Assembly (NCBI GenBank): GCA_041918675.1
Contig: JAYRVF010000012.1
Coordinates: forward strand, 88,902 to 152,901
Direction: 5' to 3'
From: Xanthobacteraceae bacterium
GTDB taxonomy: Bacteria > Pseudomonadota > Alphaproteobacteria > Rhizobiales > Xanthobacteraceae
Length of the DNA stretch: 64,000 nt
The translations under genes were made by a program, and so were the position numbers. Below, piece by piece: positions 1-14,168 of this stretch (its first letter is position 1; every line of letters starts with the position of its first letter). The notes beneath the pieces are model-generated. The model saw only the letters and a program-made list of their open reading frames with translations. It was not told where the DNA came from and did not search any database.

Positions 1-1964
1 AGCGCAACTGGATCGGCCGCTCCGAGGGCCTGTTGGTGCGCTTCGCGCTCGATCCGGCGACTTCGCCGGGCGGGGAAAGCGAGCTTGAGATCTTCACCAC
101 GCGCCCGGACACGCTGTTCGGCGCGAAATTCATGGCGCTGTCGCCCGATCACCCGCTCGCGGCCGCGGCGGCGAGGAACAATCCCGCGCTGGCCGAATTC
201 ATCGCCGAGTGCAAACGGCGTGGCACCGCGCAGGCCGAGATCGACACGGCCGAGAAGCAGGGCTTCGACACCGGCATCCGCGCCGTTCATCCGTTCGACG
301 CAAGTTGGAAGCTGCCCGTCTACGTCGCCAATTTCATATTGATGGAATACGGCACCGGCGCGATCTTCGGCTGCCCCGCGCACGACCAGCGCGATCTCGA
401 CTTCGTCAACAAATACGGGCTCGGCAACGTTCCCGTCGTCTGTCCCGAAGGCCAGGACCCGGCGGGATTCATCATCACCGACACCGCCTATGACGGCGAC
501 GGGCGCATGATCAATTCGCGCTTCCTCGACGGCATGACGATCGAGGCGGCGAAGAACGAGGTCGCCACCAGGCTCGAGCGCGCGACCCTCGGTAACCGCC
601 CCGTGGGTGCGCGCCAGATCAATTACCGCCTGCGGGACTGGGGGATCTCGCGCCAGCGTTATTGGGGCTGCCCGATCCCGGTCATTCATTGCGAGGTCTG
701 CGGCGTCGTGCCGGTGCCGATCAAGGACCTTCCTGTGGAACTTCCCGACGACATCGAATTCGACCGGCCGGGCAATCCGCTCGACCGCCATCCGACATGG
801 CGGCACGTGCCGTGTCCCCAATGCGGCAAGCCCGCGCGGCGCGAAACCGACACGATGGACACGTTCGTCGACTCGTCATGGTATTTCGCCCGCTTCACCG
901 ACCCGTGGAACGCGGACGCGCCGACCGATCCGAAGATCGCCAATCATTGGTTGCCGGTCGATCAATATATCGGCGGCATCGAGCACGCGATTCTGCATCT
1001 GCTCTATTCGCGCTTCTTCACCCGCGCGATGAAGGCGACGGGCCATGTCGATCTCGACGAACCGTTCGCGGGCCTGTTCACGCAGGGCATGGTGGTGCAC
1101 GAGACCTATCGCAAGGCCGACGGCACCTATGCCTCTCCGGCCGAAGTGAAGATCGAGGCCGAGGGCGACAAGCGCCGCGCCCTTCTCGCCGCGACCGGCG
1201 AGGCCATCGAGATCGGCTCGATCGAGAAGATGTCGAAGTCGAAGCGCAACACGGTCGACCCCGACGACATCATCGCCGGCTATGGCGCCGACACCGCGCG
1301 CTGGTTCATGCTGTCGGATTCCCCGCCCGACCGGGACGTGATCTGGACGGAAGAGGGCGTGCAGGGCGCCTGGCGTTTCGTCCAGCGGCTGTGGCGGCTC
1401 GTCAACCGCTTCGTCGAGATCGAGAAGGGGCCGGTCAGTTTCGGCAAGCAGGCCGAGGAGGGCGGTGCGCTCGCCATCCGGCAGGTCGCCCACCGGCGGC
1501 TCAAGCGGGTGGAGGACTTCATCGAGCGTCTCAATTTCAACACGGCGGTCGCCCAGATTTATGAATTCGCGGCGGCGCTTGCAGCCGTCACCGATCCCGC
1601 CCGGCTGCACGACGGGGACGCGCTTGCGGCGCTGCGCGAGGCCTATGAGATGCTGGTGCGGATGGTCGCCCCGATGATGCCCCATCTTGCCGAGGAGTGC
1701 TGGGCCGCGCTCGGGCGCGAGGGCCTCGTTTCCCAGATCCCCTGGCCGAAGGTCGACCCGGAACTCCTGGTCGAGGCCATGATCAGTCTGCCGGTCCAGG
1801 TCAACGGCAAGAAAAAGGCGGATATTTCAGTTCCCCGGGATGCCGGAAATCCGGAAATTGAGGCTGCCGTTTTGGCCCTCGATGCTGTACAACGTGCCCT
1901 CGATGGACGCCCCGTGCGCAAGATTATCGTCGTCCCGCAAAGGATCGTGAATGTCGTCGGCTAG
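1..1964 (+). CDS. leuS: leucine--tRNA ligase, C-terminal ~643 aa (5' end lies outside the window)
   Basis: The long ORF is open to the window edge. It has the class I KMSKS motif (KMSKSKRN) and the CP1/editing and anticodon-binding regions typical of LeuRS. It is followed by lptE and holA, the usual order. Confidence 0.95.
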   Translation, partial: RNWIGRSEGLLVRFALDPATSPGGESELEIFTTRPDTLFGAKFMALSPDHPLAAAAARNNPALAEFIAECKRRGTAQAEIDTAEKQGFDTGIRAVHPFDASWKLPVYVANFILMEYGTGAIFGCPAHDQRDLDFVNKYGLGNVPVVCPEGQDPAGFIITDTAYDGDGRMINSRFLDGMTIEAAKNEVATRLERATLGNRPVGARQINYRLRDWGISRQRYWGCPIPVIHCEVCGVVPVPIKDLPVELPDDIEFDRPGNPLDRHPTWRHVPCPQCGKPARRETDTMDTFVDSSWYFARFTDPWNADAPTDPKIANHWLPVDQYIGGIEHAILHLLYSRFFTRAMKATGHVDLDEPFAGLFTQGMVVHETYRKADGTYASPAEVKIEAEGDKRRALLAATGEAIEIGSIEKMSKSKRNTVDPDDIIAGYGADTARWFMLSDSPPDRDVIWTEEGVQGAWRFVQRLWRLVNRFVEIEKGPVSFGKQAEEGGALAIRQVAHRRLKRVEDFIERLNFNTAVAQIYEFAAALAAVTDPARLHDGDALAALREAYEMLVRMVAPMMPHLAEECWAALGREGLVSQIPWPKVDPELLVEAMISLPVQVNGKKKADISVPRDAGNPEIEAAVLALDAVQRALDGRPVRKIIVVPQRIVNVVG

Positions 1965-2529
1965 CACTCGCGGCGGTTGGGGTTCGGCCTTTGGCGGCTG
2001 GCTGCGGCTGGCGGCCGTCGCCGCGCTCGCGGCGCTGACGGCCGGATGCTTCCAGCCGATGTATGGCGAGCACAGCGTTGTCGGCGGAACCGGGCTCGGC
2101 GACAAGCTCCGCGCGGTCGAGGTGATGCAGATCAACGCCCCCAACGGTTCGCGGGAGGCCCGTCTCGGCGTCGAGGTCCGCAACGCGCTTCTGTTCGGGC
2201 TGAACGGCAGCGGCGCGACGTCGCCGCCCAATCATCGCCTCGCGATCCGGCTCGTCACCCGCCGCTCCGCCGTCATCGTCGACGTGACGACATCCCGCGC
2301 GGAGACCGAGGACTACGGCATCGACGCGACCTATGAGCTGCGCGACATCGCGACCGACAAGGTCGTGCTCACCGGCACCTCTTTCGCCCGCGTGTCCTAC
2401 AACATTCCCGGCCAGGAACAGCGCTTCGCCCGCGCCCGCGGCATGCGCGACGCCGAGGACCGCGCCGCCAAGGTGATCGCCGAAAGCATCAACCAGCGGC
2501 TCGCCTCTTATTTCGTTTCCGGCGGCTGA
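1951..2529 (+). CDS. lptE: LPS-assembly lipoprotein LptE
   Basis: The 192-aa ORF has an ATG overlapping the leuS stop by 14 nt. A hydrophobic signal ends in the lipobox LTAGC. Its position matches the conserved leuS-lptE-holA arrangement. Confidence 0.7.
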   Translation: MSSASTRGGWGSAFGGWLRLAAVAALAALTAGCFQPMYGEHSVVGGTGLGDKLRAVEVMQINAPNGSREARLGVEVRNALLFGLNGSGATSPPNHRLAIRLVTRRSAVIVDVTTSRAETEDYGIDATYELRDIATDKVVLTGTSFARVSYNIPGQEQRFARARGMRDAEDRAAKVIAESINQRLASYFVSGG

Positions 2530-2569
2530 GGCTCGCCGTCCGAAACCGAGCCGCGGGGAGCCGACGACC

Positions 2570-3619
2570 GTGGTGGCACTACGCGCGCGTGAAATCGACG
2601 GTTTCCTTGCCCGCCCCGATCCGGCGTATCCGATCGTGCTTCTCTATGGTCCCGATGCCGGCCTCGTGAGCGAACGCGGCGACGTATTGATCGCCCAGAT
2701 CGTCGCCGATCCCGGCGATCCGTTCGCTTTGGTGCGTCTCGACGGCGACGAGCTCGCCTCCGAGCCCTCGCGCCTGATCGACGAGGCGATGACGATCCCC
2801 TTGTTCGGAGGCCGCCGGGCGATTCGCGTCAAGGCGGGCACGCGCGCTTTCGCCGGCGCGGTCGAGGCGCTCGCCGCGAACCCGCCGGTCGGCTGCGTCG
2901 TCGTGATCGAGGCGGGCGAATTGCGCAAGGGCGCGCCCCTGCGGACGATCTGCGAGAAGGCGCGCGCGGCCGTCGCCATTCCCTGCTACGCCGACGCCGA
3001 GCGCGACCTCGTCCGCCTGATCGAGGAGGAACTGCGCGCCGCCAATCTGCGCATCGCGGCGGAGGCGCGCGCGGGGCTCGTCGCCCTTCTGGGCGGCGAT
3101 CGGCAGACCTCGCGCAACGAAATCCGCAAGCTCGCCCTCTATGCCCATGGCGCGCGCGAGGTAACGCTCGACCATGTGCTGGCCGTGGTGGCCGACGCGT
3201 CGGCGCTTGCCATCGACGCGATCATCGACGCGGCCTTCGCCGGCCGGCATGGCGAGATGGAAACGGCCTATGCCAAGGCCATGGCGGCAGGCGTCGCTCC
3301 GGCGGTCATCGTGGCGGCGGCGCAGCGCCAGGCGAGCCAGTTGCACAAGGCGCGGCTCGCGATCGAGGGCGGTTCGGCGATGGCCGAGGCGCGGGAAGGC
3401 CAGTTTCCTCGGCTGCATTTCAGCCGCGAAAACGCGATCGACGCCGCGTTGCGAAGCTGGAACGCCGCGCGGCTCCTGCGCGTCATTCTTCAGCTCGGCG
3501 AGGCGGCGCTCGACGTACGCCGGCGCGCCACGCTCGCGCGCGTCATTGCCGAGCGGGCGCTGCTGTCGATCTCGACCTCGGCGCGCGCGCGGGTGGCCGC
3601 GTCGAACGCGCCGCACTGA
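2570..3619 (+). CDS. holA: DNA polymerase III subunit delta
   Basis: 349 aa with a GTG start. The N-terminus (IVLLYGPDAGL) and overall Ala/Arg-rich helical clamp-loader delta pattern fit HolA, as does the position after lptE. Confidence 0.8.
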   Translation: MVALRAREIDGFLARPDPAYPIVLLYGPDAGLVSERGDVLIAQIVADPGDPFALVRLDGDELASEPSRLIDEAMTIPLFGGRRAIRVKAGTRAFAGAVEALAANPPVGCVVVIEAGELRKGAPLRTICEKARAAVAIPCYADAERDLVRLIEEELRAANLRIAAEARAGLVALLGGDRQTSRNEIRKLALYAHGAREVTLDHVLAVVADASALAIDAIIDAAFAGRHGEMETAYAKAMAAGVAPAVIVAAAQRQASQLHKARLAIEGGSAMAEAREGQFPRLHFSRENAIDAALRSWNAARLLRVILQLGEAALDVRRRATLARVIAERALLSISTSARARVAASNAPH

Positions 3620-3696
3620 CGCGCCGCGCCGAACGTTCGATCTTCAAGGGGCTTCTTCACGTCGCCGGCGATAATTCCGGCGGTGGCTTCGGCCGG

Positions 3697-4584
3697 CTAT
3701 GACCGCGCTTCGAGGCGGCGCACGATTTCGTCAAGCTGGTCGAGATCGCGGTAGCGCACATGCACCGTCCCGCCCGGGTCGCGATGATCGATGCTCACCG
3801 CGAGGCCGAGCGCGTCGCTAACGCGCTTTTCCAGCGCGAGCGTGTCGGCGCTCTTGGCGCCGCCAGCCTTCGCCGCGCGGGGCTTTTGCGTCGCCCGCTT
3901 GGGCACGCCCTCACCGTGGGCGAGCTCCTCGGCCTGACGCACGTTGAGCCCTTCATCGACGATGCGCCGCGCCAGATCGAGCGGATCGGGCACGCCGATC
4001 AGCGCCCGCGCGTGGCCGGCCGAAAGCGCGCCGGAGATGATGAACGCCTGCACCGGCTCGGGCAGTTTCGTCAGCCGCATCGTGTTGGCGACATGGCTGC
4101 GACTCTTGCCGACAATCTTGGCGATCTCATCCGGGCTTCGCTTGAATTCGTCGGCGAGCGCGTGATAGCCGCGCGCCTCCTCGATCGCGTTCAGGTCCGC
4201 GCGCTGAACGTTCTCGATGATGGCGATTTCGAGCGCCTCGGTGTCGGTGACCTCGATCGCGACGATCGGCACCTCATGCAGCCCGGCGCGCTGCGCCGCG
4301 CGCCAGCGCCGCTCGCCGGCGACGATTTCGAACGCGTCGGGAGCCCCGCGCACGGACCGCACCACGATCGGCTGGATGATGCCGCGCTCGCGAATCGAGG
4401 CCGCCAGCGCGTCGAGCTCGTCCTCGGAGAATTGCCGACGGGGATTGCGCGGATTGGGACGCAGGAATTCGACCGGCACGCGGCGCTGCGCGCGCGGCCG
4501 CTCGATCTTGGCCGCCTCGTCGCCGACATCGCCGATAAGGCTCGCCAAGCCACGCCCGAGACGCGAGCGCGATTCGTCAATCAT
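3697..4584 (-). CDS. parB: chromosome partitioning protein ParB
   Basis: 295 aa carrying the ParB-box motifs (IQPIVVR, GERRWRAAQRAGL) and an HTH region. It lies downstream of parA. Confidence 0.95.
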   Translation of the reverse strand: MIDESRSRLGRGLASLIGDVGDEAAKIERPRAQRRVPVEFLRPNPRNPRRQFSEDELDALAASIRERGIIQPIVVRSVRGAPDAFEIVAGERRWRAAQRAGLHEVPIVAIEVTDTEALEIAIIENVQRADLNAIEEARGYHALADEFKRSPDEIAKIVGKSRSHVANTMRLTKLPEPVQAFIISGALSAGHARALIGVPDPLDLARRIVDEGLNVRQAEELAHGEGVPKRATQKPRAAKAGGAKSADTLALEKRVSDALGLAVSIDHRDPGGTVHVRYRDLDQLDEIVRRLEARS

Positions 4585-4656
4585 GGATGCTCCCCTCGTC
4601 CGCGCGTGCCTCGCCCATCAAGCCGCGCCACTCGCCGCGAAAAGCCGCGCTCTAAA

Positions 4657-4765
4657 GCATGATGCCGAAAGTTGCGAAGCGGTTTTCGGACAACATCATG
4701 CTCCAACTTGCCGGAAATGATCACGTCCATGATCTTGGCTCGTTTCGATCCAAGGCCGTCGCGAT
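4657..4765. repeat. R1 two-hairpin intergenic repeat, copy 1 (between parA and parB)
   Basis: This ~110-nt stretch aligns with 45801-45910 (inverted) and 49243-49353. It has an imperfect palindrome GCATGATGCCGAAA...TTTTCGG...CATCATGC followed by a second hairpin CTTGGCTCG-TTT-CGATCCAAG. Confidence 0.65.
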
Positions 4766-5610
<845 letters not shown>

Positions 5611-5614
<4 letters not shown>

Positions 5615-6324
5615 TGGGGGCACTCTTGCGGCCGACTTCCAGAGCCCGTTCCGGTATTCCGCGCGACATGGTCGAGGACGACGATCCTGCCACGGCGATC
5701 GGTCCGGCTCGGAAGAACTCGATACGAAATTCTCCAATATTTAGTAGCTTCAGTCAATTCTTCTTCAATATCTTGTCCCTTGGGAAGCACAGCCTTGGCT
5801 CCGCGATCGACAAGGGGTTTGACTAAGCCGATCAGGACATTAAGGGGTGCGAGGGCGCGGGCGGTCACGCAATCGACAGCGCCATCGAATCTTTCCACAA
5901 AATCCTCGATATTCGACAGGTGCACGCTCGCCGGGATCGACGTGACGCGGACGGCCTCGCGAAGGAAGGCGGCCTTTTTCGCGTTCCGTTCGACAAGATG
6001 GACGTGACCGCCGGCAAGCTCAGCCAGCGCGCAGGCAAGCGGAATGCCGGGAAAGCCGCCGCCGCTTCCAAGGTCGACCCAGCGCCGCGCCTCGGGCACG
6101 ACATCCAGAAGCTGCAATGAATCGGCGATGTGACGTGACCAGACTTCCGTCAGCGTCGAACGGGCGATCAGGTTGGTCCTAGCCTGCCAATCGCGAAGGA
6201 GCGCGACGAAGCGCGCGAGTCGTTCCTCCGTTTCACGTGAAACAGGACAGACGGCGAGCGCGCGGGCCCGGTCGGCGTCGACCTTCGGATCAGGCTTCGG
6301 ATCGCGCTTGGGATCAGGGCCCAT
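5611..6324 (-). CDS. rsmG: 16S rRNA (guanine527-N7)-methyltransferase RsmG/GidB
   Basis: 237 aa with the SAM-binding motif DLGSGGGFPGIPLA. It sits in the classic mnmG-rsmG-parA-parB order. Confidence 0.9.
6229..6244. other. parS centromere-like ParB-binding site (CGTTTCACGTGAAACA, 15/16 to consensus), inside rsmG
   Basis: It matches the TGTTTCACGTGAAACA palindrome except at position 1. Confidence 0.7.
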
Positions 6325-6327
6325 CGG

Positions 6328-8196
6328 TCATTCCGCCGCGACGCGGCGGTCCCTCCGGCGCAGAAACGCCACAAGTACCGACAGCGCCGCCGGCGTGATC
6401 CCATCCATGCGGGCGGCCTGACCGATGGTCGCGGGCCGCGTCTTGTCGAGACGATAGCGGACCTCGTTCGAAAGGCCAGGCACGGCCGCGTAATCGATCT
6501 CCTCGCCGAGGAGCATTCGTTCGTCCCGACGGAAGGCCGCCACATCGGCCTCTTGTCGATCGAGGTAGACGTGGTACTTCGCGTCCGTTTCGAGCTGGCG
6601 GGCGATTTCGCCATCAAGCGCCGAAAGCTCCGGCCAGATGGAAACGACCTCGCCCAAGGTGATCCCCGGATAGGAAAGCAGCTCGAAGGCGCTGCGGCGC
6701 TGGCCGTCGCGATTAAGCGCCAGCCCGAACTCGGCCGCCCGTGTGGGGGTGATCGAAAGCGAGCGCGCGAGCGAGCGCGCCTTTTCGAGCGCCGCGATCT
6801 TCGAGCCGAAGGCCGCCGCGCGAACCGGCAAGACGCATCCCAATGCGATACCCTTCGGCGTCAGGCGCTGATCGGCGTTATCGGCCCGCAGGAAAAGCCG
6901 GTACTCCGCCCGCGAGGTGAACATGCGATAGGGCTCGCTGATGCCGCGTGTGACGAGATCGTCGATCATCACGCCTAGATAGCCGTCCGCCCGGTCGAAG
7001 ACGGCGCCCGGCGCGCCTCCCGCAAGGCGCGCCGCGTTGATTCCGGCCACGATGCCTTGCGCGGCTGCCTCCTCGTAACCCGTGGTGCCGTTGATCTGGC
7101 CGGCGAGGAAGAGCCCCGAAACCCGCTTCGTTTCCAGCGTCGGCTTGAGCTCGCGGGGATCGACATGGTCGTATTCGATCGCGTAGCCGGGCCGGATGAT
7201 GCGCGCGCGCGCGAGCCCCGGAATCGTCGCGACGAGAGCGGCCTGCACGTCTTCCGGCAACGAGGTCGAGATGCCGTTCGGATAGACGGTGAAATCGTCG
7301 AGCCCTTCGGGCTCAAGAAAGATCTGATGCCCTTCCCGATCGCCGAAACGCACGATCTTGTCCTCGATCGAGGGACAATAGCGCGGCCCCCGACTCTGAA
7401 TCTGACCGGAATACATCGGGGAACGATGAACATTGGCGCGGATGACGGCGTGGGTCGCCTCGTTCGTCCGCGTGATCCCGCATTCGATCTGGGGGGTGCT
7501 GATCTCTCGGGTGAGCGCCGAAAAAGGCTCCGGTGGGTCGTCGCCGGGCTGCATGTCGACCGCGCCCCAGTCGATCGTCCGTCCGTCGAGCCGCGGCGGA
7601 GTCCCGGTCTTCAGCCGGCCGAGCGGAAAGCCTAGCCGCTCGAAACTCTCCGAAAGCCGCATCGCCGGCTCCTCGCCGATGCGGCCGGCCGGCCATGACC
7701 GCTCGCCGAGATGGATGAGGCCGCGCAGGAAGGTGCCCGTCGTCACGACCACCGCCCCCGCCGTCAGGCTGGCGCCGCCGGCAAGCCTCACTCCTTGCAT
7801 CCGCTTCCCGTCGCTGACGAATTCGGCCGCTTCATCTTCGATGACGTCGAGGCCAGGACAGTCGCGGATCGCGGCCTGCATCGCGCGAGAATAGAGCTTG
7901 CGGTCGGCTTGGGCGCGCGGCCCTCTGACCGCCGGTCCCTTTCGCCGGTTGAGAACGCGGAACTGAATGCCGGCCTGATCGGCCACGCGCGCCATCAGCC
8001 CGTCCAGCGCGTCAACCTCGCGGACGAGATGACCCTTGCCAAGCCCACCGATCGCCGGATTGCAGGACATCGCCCCGACCGTCGCGAAGGAATGGGTGAC
8101 CAGGGCGGTCTTCGCGCCGATCCGGGCGGCGGCCGAGGCCGCTTCGCAGCCCGCATGCCCGCCCCCGATCACGATCACGTCGTAAGTTGTTGTCAT
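6328..8196 (-). CDS. mnmG: tRNA uridine-5-carboxymethylaminomethyl synthesis enzyme MnmG/GidA
   Basis: It has the FAD motif [16 protein letters not shown] right after the ATG at 8196. The longer ORF reaching 8325 runs through the parS sites and is unlikely to be translated. Confidence 0.95.
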   Translation of the reverse strand: MTTTYDVIVIGGGHAGCEAASAAARIGAKTALVTHSFATVGAMSCNPAIGGLGKGHLVREVDALDGLMARVADQAGIQFRVLNRRKGPAVRGPRAQADRKLYSRAMQAAIRDCPGLDVIEDEAAEFVSDGKRMQGVRLAGGASLTAGAVVVTTGTFLRGLIHLGERSWPAGRIGEEPAMRLSESFERLGFPLGRLKTGTPPRLDGRTIDWGAVDMQPGDDPPEPFSALTREISTPQIECGITRTNEATHAVIRANVHRSPMYSGQIQSRGPRYCPSIEDKIVRFGDREGHQIFLEPEGLDDFTVYPNGISTSLPEDVQAALVATIPGLARARIIRPGYAIEYDHVDPRELKPTLETKRVSGLFLAGQINGTTGYEEAAAQGIVAGINAARLAGGAPGAVFDRADGYLGVMIDDLVTRGISEPYRMFTSRAEYRLFLRADNADQRLTPKGIALGCVLPVRAAAFGSKIAALEKARSLARSLSITPTRAAEFGLALNRDGQRRSAFELLSYPGITLGEVVSIWPELSALDGEIARQLETDAKYHVYLDRQEADVAAFRRDERMLLGEEIDYAAVPGLSNEVRYRLDKTRPATIGQAARMDGITPAALSVLVAFLRRRDRRVAAE

Positions 8197-8271
8197 CGCG
8201 CGCCTTGAGAGATTGCCTGCTTCTAGCCAGCCCGCGCCGGGAGGTCCAGGGATTGCCGAGCGGCACCAAAC

Positions 8272-8287
8272 CGTTTCACGTGAAACA
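8272..8287. other. parS site (CGTTTCACGTGAAACA, 15/16)
   Basis: The palindrome lies in the mnmE-mnmG intergenic region, 18 nt from the next parS. Confidence 0.75.
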
Positions 8288-8305
8288 GTTCCCGGGCCGG
8301 CAGAC

Positions 8306-8321
8306 TGTTTCACGTGAAACA
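8306..8321. other. parS site (TGTTTCACGTGAAACA, perfect consensus)
   Basis: It is an exact 16-bp match to the widely conserved parS palindrome. Confidence 0.85.
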
Positions 8322-8378
8322 ACAACCGCAGCCGTCAAACTCGGCTTTCATAGGCAGCGGCCGAAGCCGCCCGAGCGA

Positions 8379-9749
8379 CTATTTCCCGATGCAGAATTCC
8401 GCGAAAATCGCATCGAGAACATCCTCAACATCGACCTTACCAAGCAGCCGGCCCAAGGAACGAATCGCCATTCGCAGTTCCTCGGCGGCTATTTCCTCTC
8501 CAAGTTCAAAGGCTTGTATAGACCTACCCAGCGCCGCCGAGGCCTCCTCCAGAACCCCGCGATGGCGGGCGCGGCTGATCATGGCGCTTTCGCCGCAGCC
8601 GAAATAACCATCCGCGAACGCGGTCAATTGCTCGATCAGCAAGATCAATCCCGTCCCGTCGCGGGCCGAAATCCGGAATTGGCGGAATTCCCCCGGCGGA
8701 CCTTCATCCCCCACCAGGCTGGCGTCGGCGTGCGCCATGTCGATCTTGTTCCAGACGATCCAGGTCGGCACGCCTCGCCCCGCGCGCGCCGTCGCGCCCG
8801 GCTCTTCGCCTTCAAGGCCGTTCCCACCGGCGGCATCGCGCAGCCACAGCACGAGGTCGGCTTCCGAGGCGCGTTGCAGCGCGCGCCGCACGCCCTCGCG
8901 TTCGACGGGATCGTCGGACGCATGAATCCCAGCGGTGTCGAGCAGCGTCACCGGATAGCCCGCGAGATCAAGATGGACCTCGATCACGTCGCGCGTCGTG
9001 CCCGCGTGCGGCGAGACGATCGCCGCCTCCCGTCGCGCCAGCCGATTGAGCAGCGTCGACTTGCCGACATTCGGCGGGCCTGCGATCGCGACGACGAGCC
9101 CATCGCGCAGACGCTCTCCATGACGAGACGCGGCGAGCACGCGATCGATATCCTCGCGCAGCGTCACGATCGCCGGAATTGCCTGTGCCGCAACGGTTTC
9201 TTCAACATCGCCTTCGTCGGAGAAATCAAGACCCGCCTCGATCGCGGCCACGATGGCGATCGCGCGCGCGCGCCAATCTTCCGCCGCCGGTCCGAGCAAA
9301 CCATGAAGTTGACGTTGCGCCTGGCGCCGCTGCGCCTCGGTCTCCGCGTCGATCAGATCGCTCAGGCCCTCGGCCGCGACGAGATCGATCTTGCCGTTCT
9401 CGAGCGCACGCCGCGTGAACTCGCCGCGCTCGGCCGCGCGCAATCCGTCGACCGCCTCAAGCGCGTTGATGAGAAGCGAAAGCACCGCGCGCCCGCCATG
9501 GATGTGGAACTCGGCGACGTCTTCCCCCGTTTCGCTTTTGGGCGCGGGAAACCAGAGCACCAGCGCCCTGTCGATCACCTCGCCCGAGGCGGTCTTGAGT
9601 TCGGCAAGGCGCGCGCGGCGCGGCGGCGGCAGCACGCCCGCGATTTTTCGCAGCGCCTCTCCGGCGCGCGGGCCCGAAACGCGCACGAGCGCGATCGCGG
9701 CCGGTGGCCGGCCCGACGAAAGCGCGAATATAGTTGTCTTTTCAATCAT
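8379..9749 (-). CDS. mnmE: tRNA modification GTPase MnmE/TrmE
   Basis: 456 aa with the G1 motif [16 protein letters not shown], and the C-terminal CIGK tetrapeptide. Confidence 0.95.
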   Translation of the reverse strand: MIEKTTIFALSSGRPPAAIALVRVSGPRAGEALRKIAGVLPPPRRARLAELKTASGEVIDRALVLWFPAPKSETGEDVAEFHIHGGRAVLSLLINALEAVDGLRAAERGEFTRRALENGKIDLVAAEGLSDLIDAETEAQRRQAQRQLHGLLGPAAEDWRARAIAIVAAIEAGLDFSDEGDVEETVAAQAIPAIVTLREDIDRVLAASRHGERLRDGLVVAIAGPPNVGKSTLLNRLARREAAIVSPHAGTTRDVIEVHLDLAGYPVTLLDTAGIHASDDPVEREGVRRALQRASEADLVLWLRDAAGGNGLEGEEPGATARAGRGVPTWIVWNKIDMAHADASLVGDEGPPGEFRQFRISARDGTGLILLIEQLTAFADGYFGCGESAMISRARHRGVLEEASAALGRSIQAFELGEEIAAEELRMAIRSLGRLLGKVDVEDVLDAIFAEFCIGK

Positions 9750-9865
9750 TTATCAGACGGCGCCACATTCCAACAAGTCGTGCCTCGCCCGCTTGCATCC
9801 TTGTGATCGCGGATGGAGCCAATCCTCCTTGATCGCTCCCGCCGCCATAGGCCATTGTTCCGGCC

Positions 9866-11902
<2,037 letters not shown>

Positions 11903-11906
11903 CACG

Positions 11907-12629
11907 TCAGGGGCGCCGATACGCCGCGATCAGCTCGCCGAGCCGCCGAACCTGGCGGCCATCGGCCGTGAAATTCCTCGGCGCCAGCCAGGCTTCGAAC
12001 GCCTCGCGCAATGGCGGCCATTCCTTGTCGATGATCGAGTACCAAGCCGTATCCCGATTGCGGCCTTTCACCACCACGGCCTGCCGGAAGATGCCCTCGA
12101 AGCGAAACCCGAGCCGCTCCGCCGCGGCGCGCGAGGGCGCGTTCAGGGAATCGCATTTCCATTCGAGCCGGCGGTAGCCGAGTTCATCGAACGCACGACG
12201 CATCATCAGAAACATCGCTTCGGTCGCCGCGGCGGTTCGTTGCAATGGAGGTGAGAACTTGATGTGGCCGATTTCGATCGTCCCGTTGACGGGATCGATC
12301 CGCATGAATGCCGCGCGCCCCGTCGCGGCGCCACGCTCCGCGTCGACAATGGCGAAGAACCGCAAATCGCTTCGCGCGATGCTCTTTACCACCCACGATT
12401 CATAATCGGCCAAATCGCGGATTGGTTCCTCGGCAATATAGGTCCACGCCGCGTCATCGGCCGTCGACCGATCAGCCTCAAGGAGCTCGCGCGCATGCTC
12501 GATCGCCAGCGGCTCCAGCCGACAGCCGCGGCCGACCAGAGGCGCGGAGGGGGGAAACGACCGCGCGCTCCAACCCGGCAGGGCCTCGCCGACCGGCTGG
12601 CCGAAGGCGTTGGTCGCGGGCTCGCCCAA
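11907..12629 (-). CDS. GNAT family N-acetyltransferase (RimJ/RimL-like)
   Basis: 240 aa with a TTG start 5 nt after the rho stop. It shows an acetyltransferase core pattern (RLEWKCDSLNAPSRAAAERLGFRFEGIFR). Confidence 0.7.
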   Translation of the reverse strand: MGEPATNAFGQPVGEALPGWSARSFPPSAPLVGRGCRLEPLAIEHARELLEADRSTADDAAWTYIAEEPIRDLADYESWVVKSIARSDLRFFAIVDAERGAATGRAAFMRIDPVNGTIEIGHIKFSPPLQRTAAATEAMFLMMRRAFDELGYRRLEWKCDSLNAPSRAAAERLGFRFEGIFRQAVVVKGRNRDTAWYSIIDKEWPPLREAFEAWLAPRNFTADGRQVRRLGELIAAYRRP

Positions 12630-12633
12630 TGCC

Positions 12634-13899
12634 TTACGTATTCATCGACTCGAAGAACTCGGCGTTGTTCTTGGTGTTGCGCAGCTTGTCGAGCAGGAAG
12701 TCGATCGCGTCCATCGTGCCCATCGGATTGAGGATGCGCCGCAGCACATACATCTTCTTCAGGTCGCCGGCCGGAACCAGCAGCTCTTCCTTGCGCGTGC
12801 CCGAGCGCGTGATGTCGATCGCCGGGAAGGTGCGCTTGTCGGCGACCTTGCGGTCGAGAATGATTTCCGAGTTGCCGGTGCCCTTGAACTCCTCGAAGAT
12901 GACTTCGTCCATGCGGCTGCCGGTTTCGATCAGCGCGGTGGCGATGATGGTCAGCGACCCGCCTTCCTCGATGTTGCGCGCCGCGCCGAAGAAGCGCTTC
13001 GGCCGCTGCAGCGCGTTGGCGTCGACGCCGCCGGTCAGCACCTTGCCCGACGAGGGAACGACCGTGTTGTAGGCGCGCCCCAGACGCGTGATCGAATCAA
13101 GCAGAATCACCACGTCGCGGCCGTGCTCGACCAGGCGCTTGGCCTTTTCGATGACCATTTCGGCGACCTGCACGTGGCGAACGGCCGGCTCGTCGAAGGT
13201 CGACGAAATCACCTCGCCCTTCACCGAGCGCTGCATGTCGGTGACTTCCTCCGGCCGCTCATCGATCAGCAGCACGATCAGGTAGCATTCGGGATGATTG
13301 GCCGCGATGGCGTGGGCGATGTTCTGCAACAGCACGGTCTTGCCGGTGCGCGGCGGCGCGACGACGAGCGCGCGCTGTCCCTTGCCGATCGGCGAGACGA
13401 TGTCGATAACGCGCGCGGAGAGATCCTTCTTGGTCGGATCCTCGTGCTCCATCTTCAACCGCTCGTCGGGATAAAGCGGCGTCAGATTGTCGAAATTGAC
13501 CTTGTGGCGCGCCTTGTCCGGATCCTCGAAATTGATGGTGTTGACCTTGAGCAGCGCGAAGTAGCGCTCGCCGTCCTTCGGGCTGCGGATGTGGCCGTCG
13601 ATGGTGTCGCCGGTGCGCAGGCCGAAGCGGCGGATCTGCGAGGGCGAGACGTAGATGTCGTCGGGCCCGGGCAGATAATTCGCATCGGGCGAACGTAAAA
13701 ATCCAAAGCCGTCGGGCAATACTTCGACCACGCCCTCGCCGATGATGTCGGTTTCCTGAATGGCGAGCTGCTTGAGAATGGCGAACATCAGCTCCTGCTT
13801 GCGCATCGTGCTGGCGTTCTCGACACCCAATTCCTCGGCAAACGAGACTAATTCGGCCGGAGTCTTGACCTTGAGATCCTGTAATTTCATTTCCCGCAT
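12634..13899 (-). CDS. rho: transcription termination factor Rho
   Basis: 421 aa with an N-terminal RNA-binding domain, Walker [15 protein letters not shown], and Q/R loops. An alternative ATG lies at 13890. Confidence 0.97.
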   Translation of the reverse strand: MREMKLQDLKVKTPAELVSFAEELGVENASTMRKQELMFAILKQLAIQETDIIGEGVVEVLPDGFGFLRSPDANYLPGPDDIYVSPSQIRRFGLRTGDTIDGHIRSPKDGERYFALLKVNTINFEDPDKARHKVNFDNLTPLYPDERLKMEHEDPTKKDLSARVIDIVSPIGKGQRALVVAPPRTGKTVLLQNIAHAIAANHPECYLIVLLIDERPEEVTDMQRSVKGEVISSTFDEPAVRHVQVAEMVIEKAKRLVEHGRDVVILLDSITRLGRAYNTVVPSSGKVLTGGVDANALQRPKRFFGAARNIEEGGSLTIIATALIETGSRMDEVIFEEFKGTGNSEIILDRKVADKRTFPAIDITRSGTRKEELLVPAGDLKKMYVLRRILNPMGTMDAIDFLLDKLRNTKNNAEFFESMNT

Positions 13900-14168
13900 G
13901 GGGGTAGTCCTGTCGAGGGAGTCGTTGGAGGGATAAATTGGAGATCAATCGGCGAACCGTCGCCCCGGGCGATCGATGCACGTCACGCTAGATTTCGCAG
14001 GTGAGAAATTGCCGAAATTGTGCCAGCGACGGCAGTAAACCCGACACGGAACCGCTCAGTGATTGTCGGAGAACCGGAGCGTGACCGCATCCGCCTGCGT
14101 TCGGCGGGATAGCCGCAATATAGAAAACCGAAGCCCAATACGCAAGATGCCCGGTACGGATCAATTCG

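Noticed and set aside
8187-9806. Long ORFs antisense to or overlapping mnmE. Similar cases are 4769-6007, 9875-10975, 12610-13698, 22809-23993, 33482-34287, 44880-45836, 52784-54136, 58560-59525 and 59532-60974.
   Set aside because: All lie opposite confidently identified conserved genes and have Arg/Ala/Gly/Pro-dominated composition typical of off-frame translation of high-GC DNA. None shows a family motif, so I treat them as non-coding shadows.
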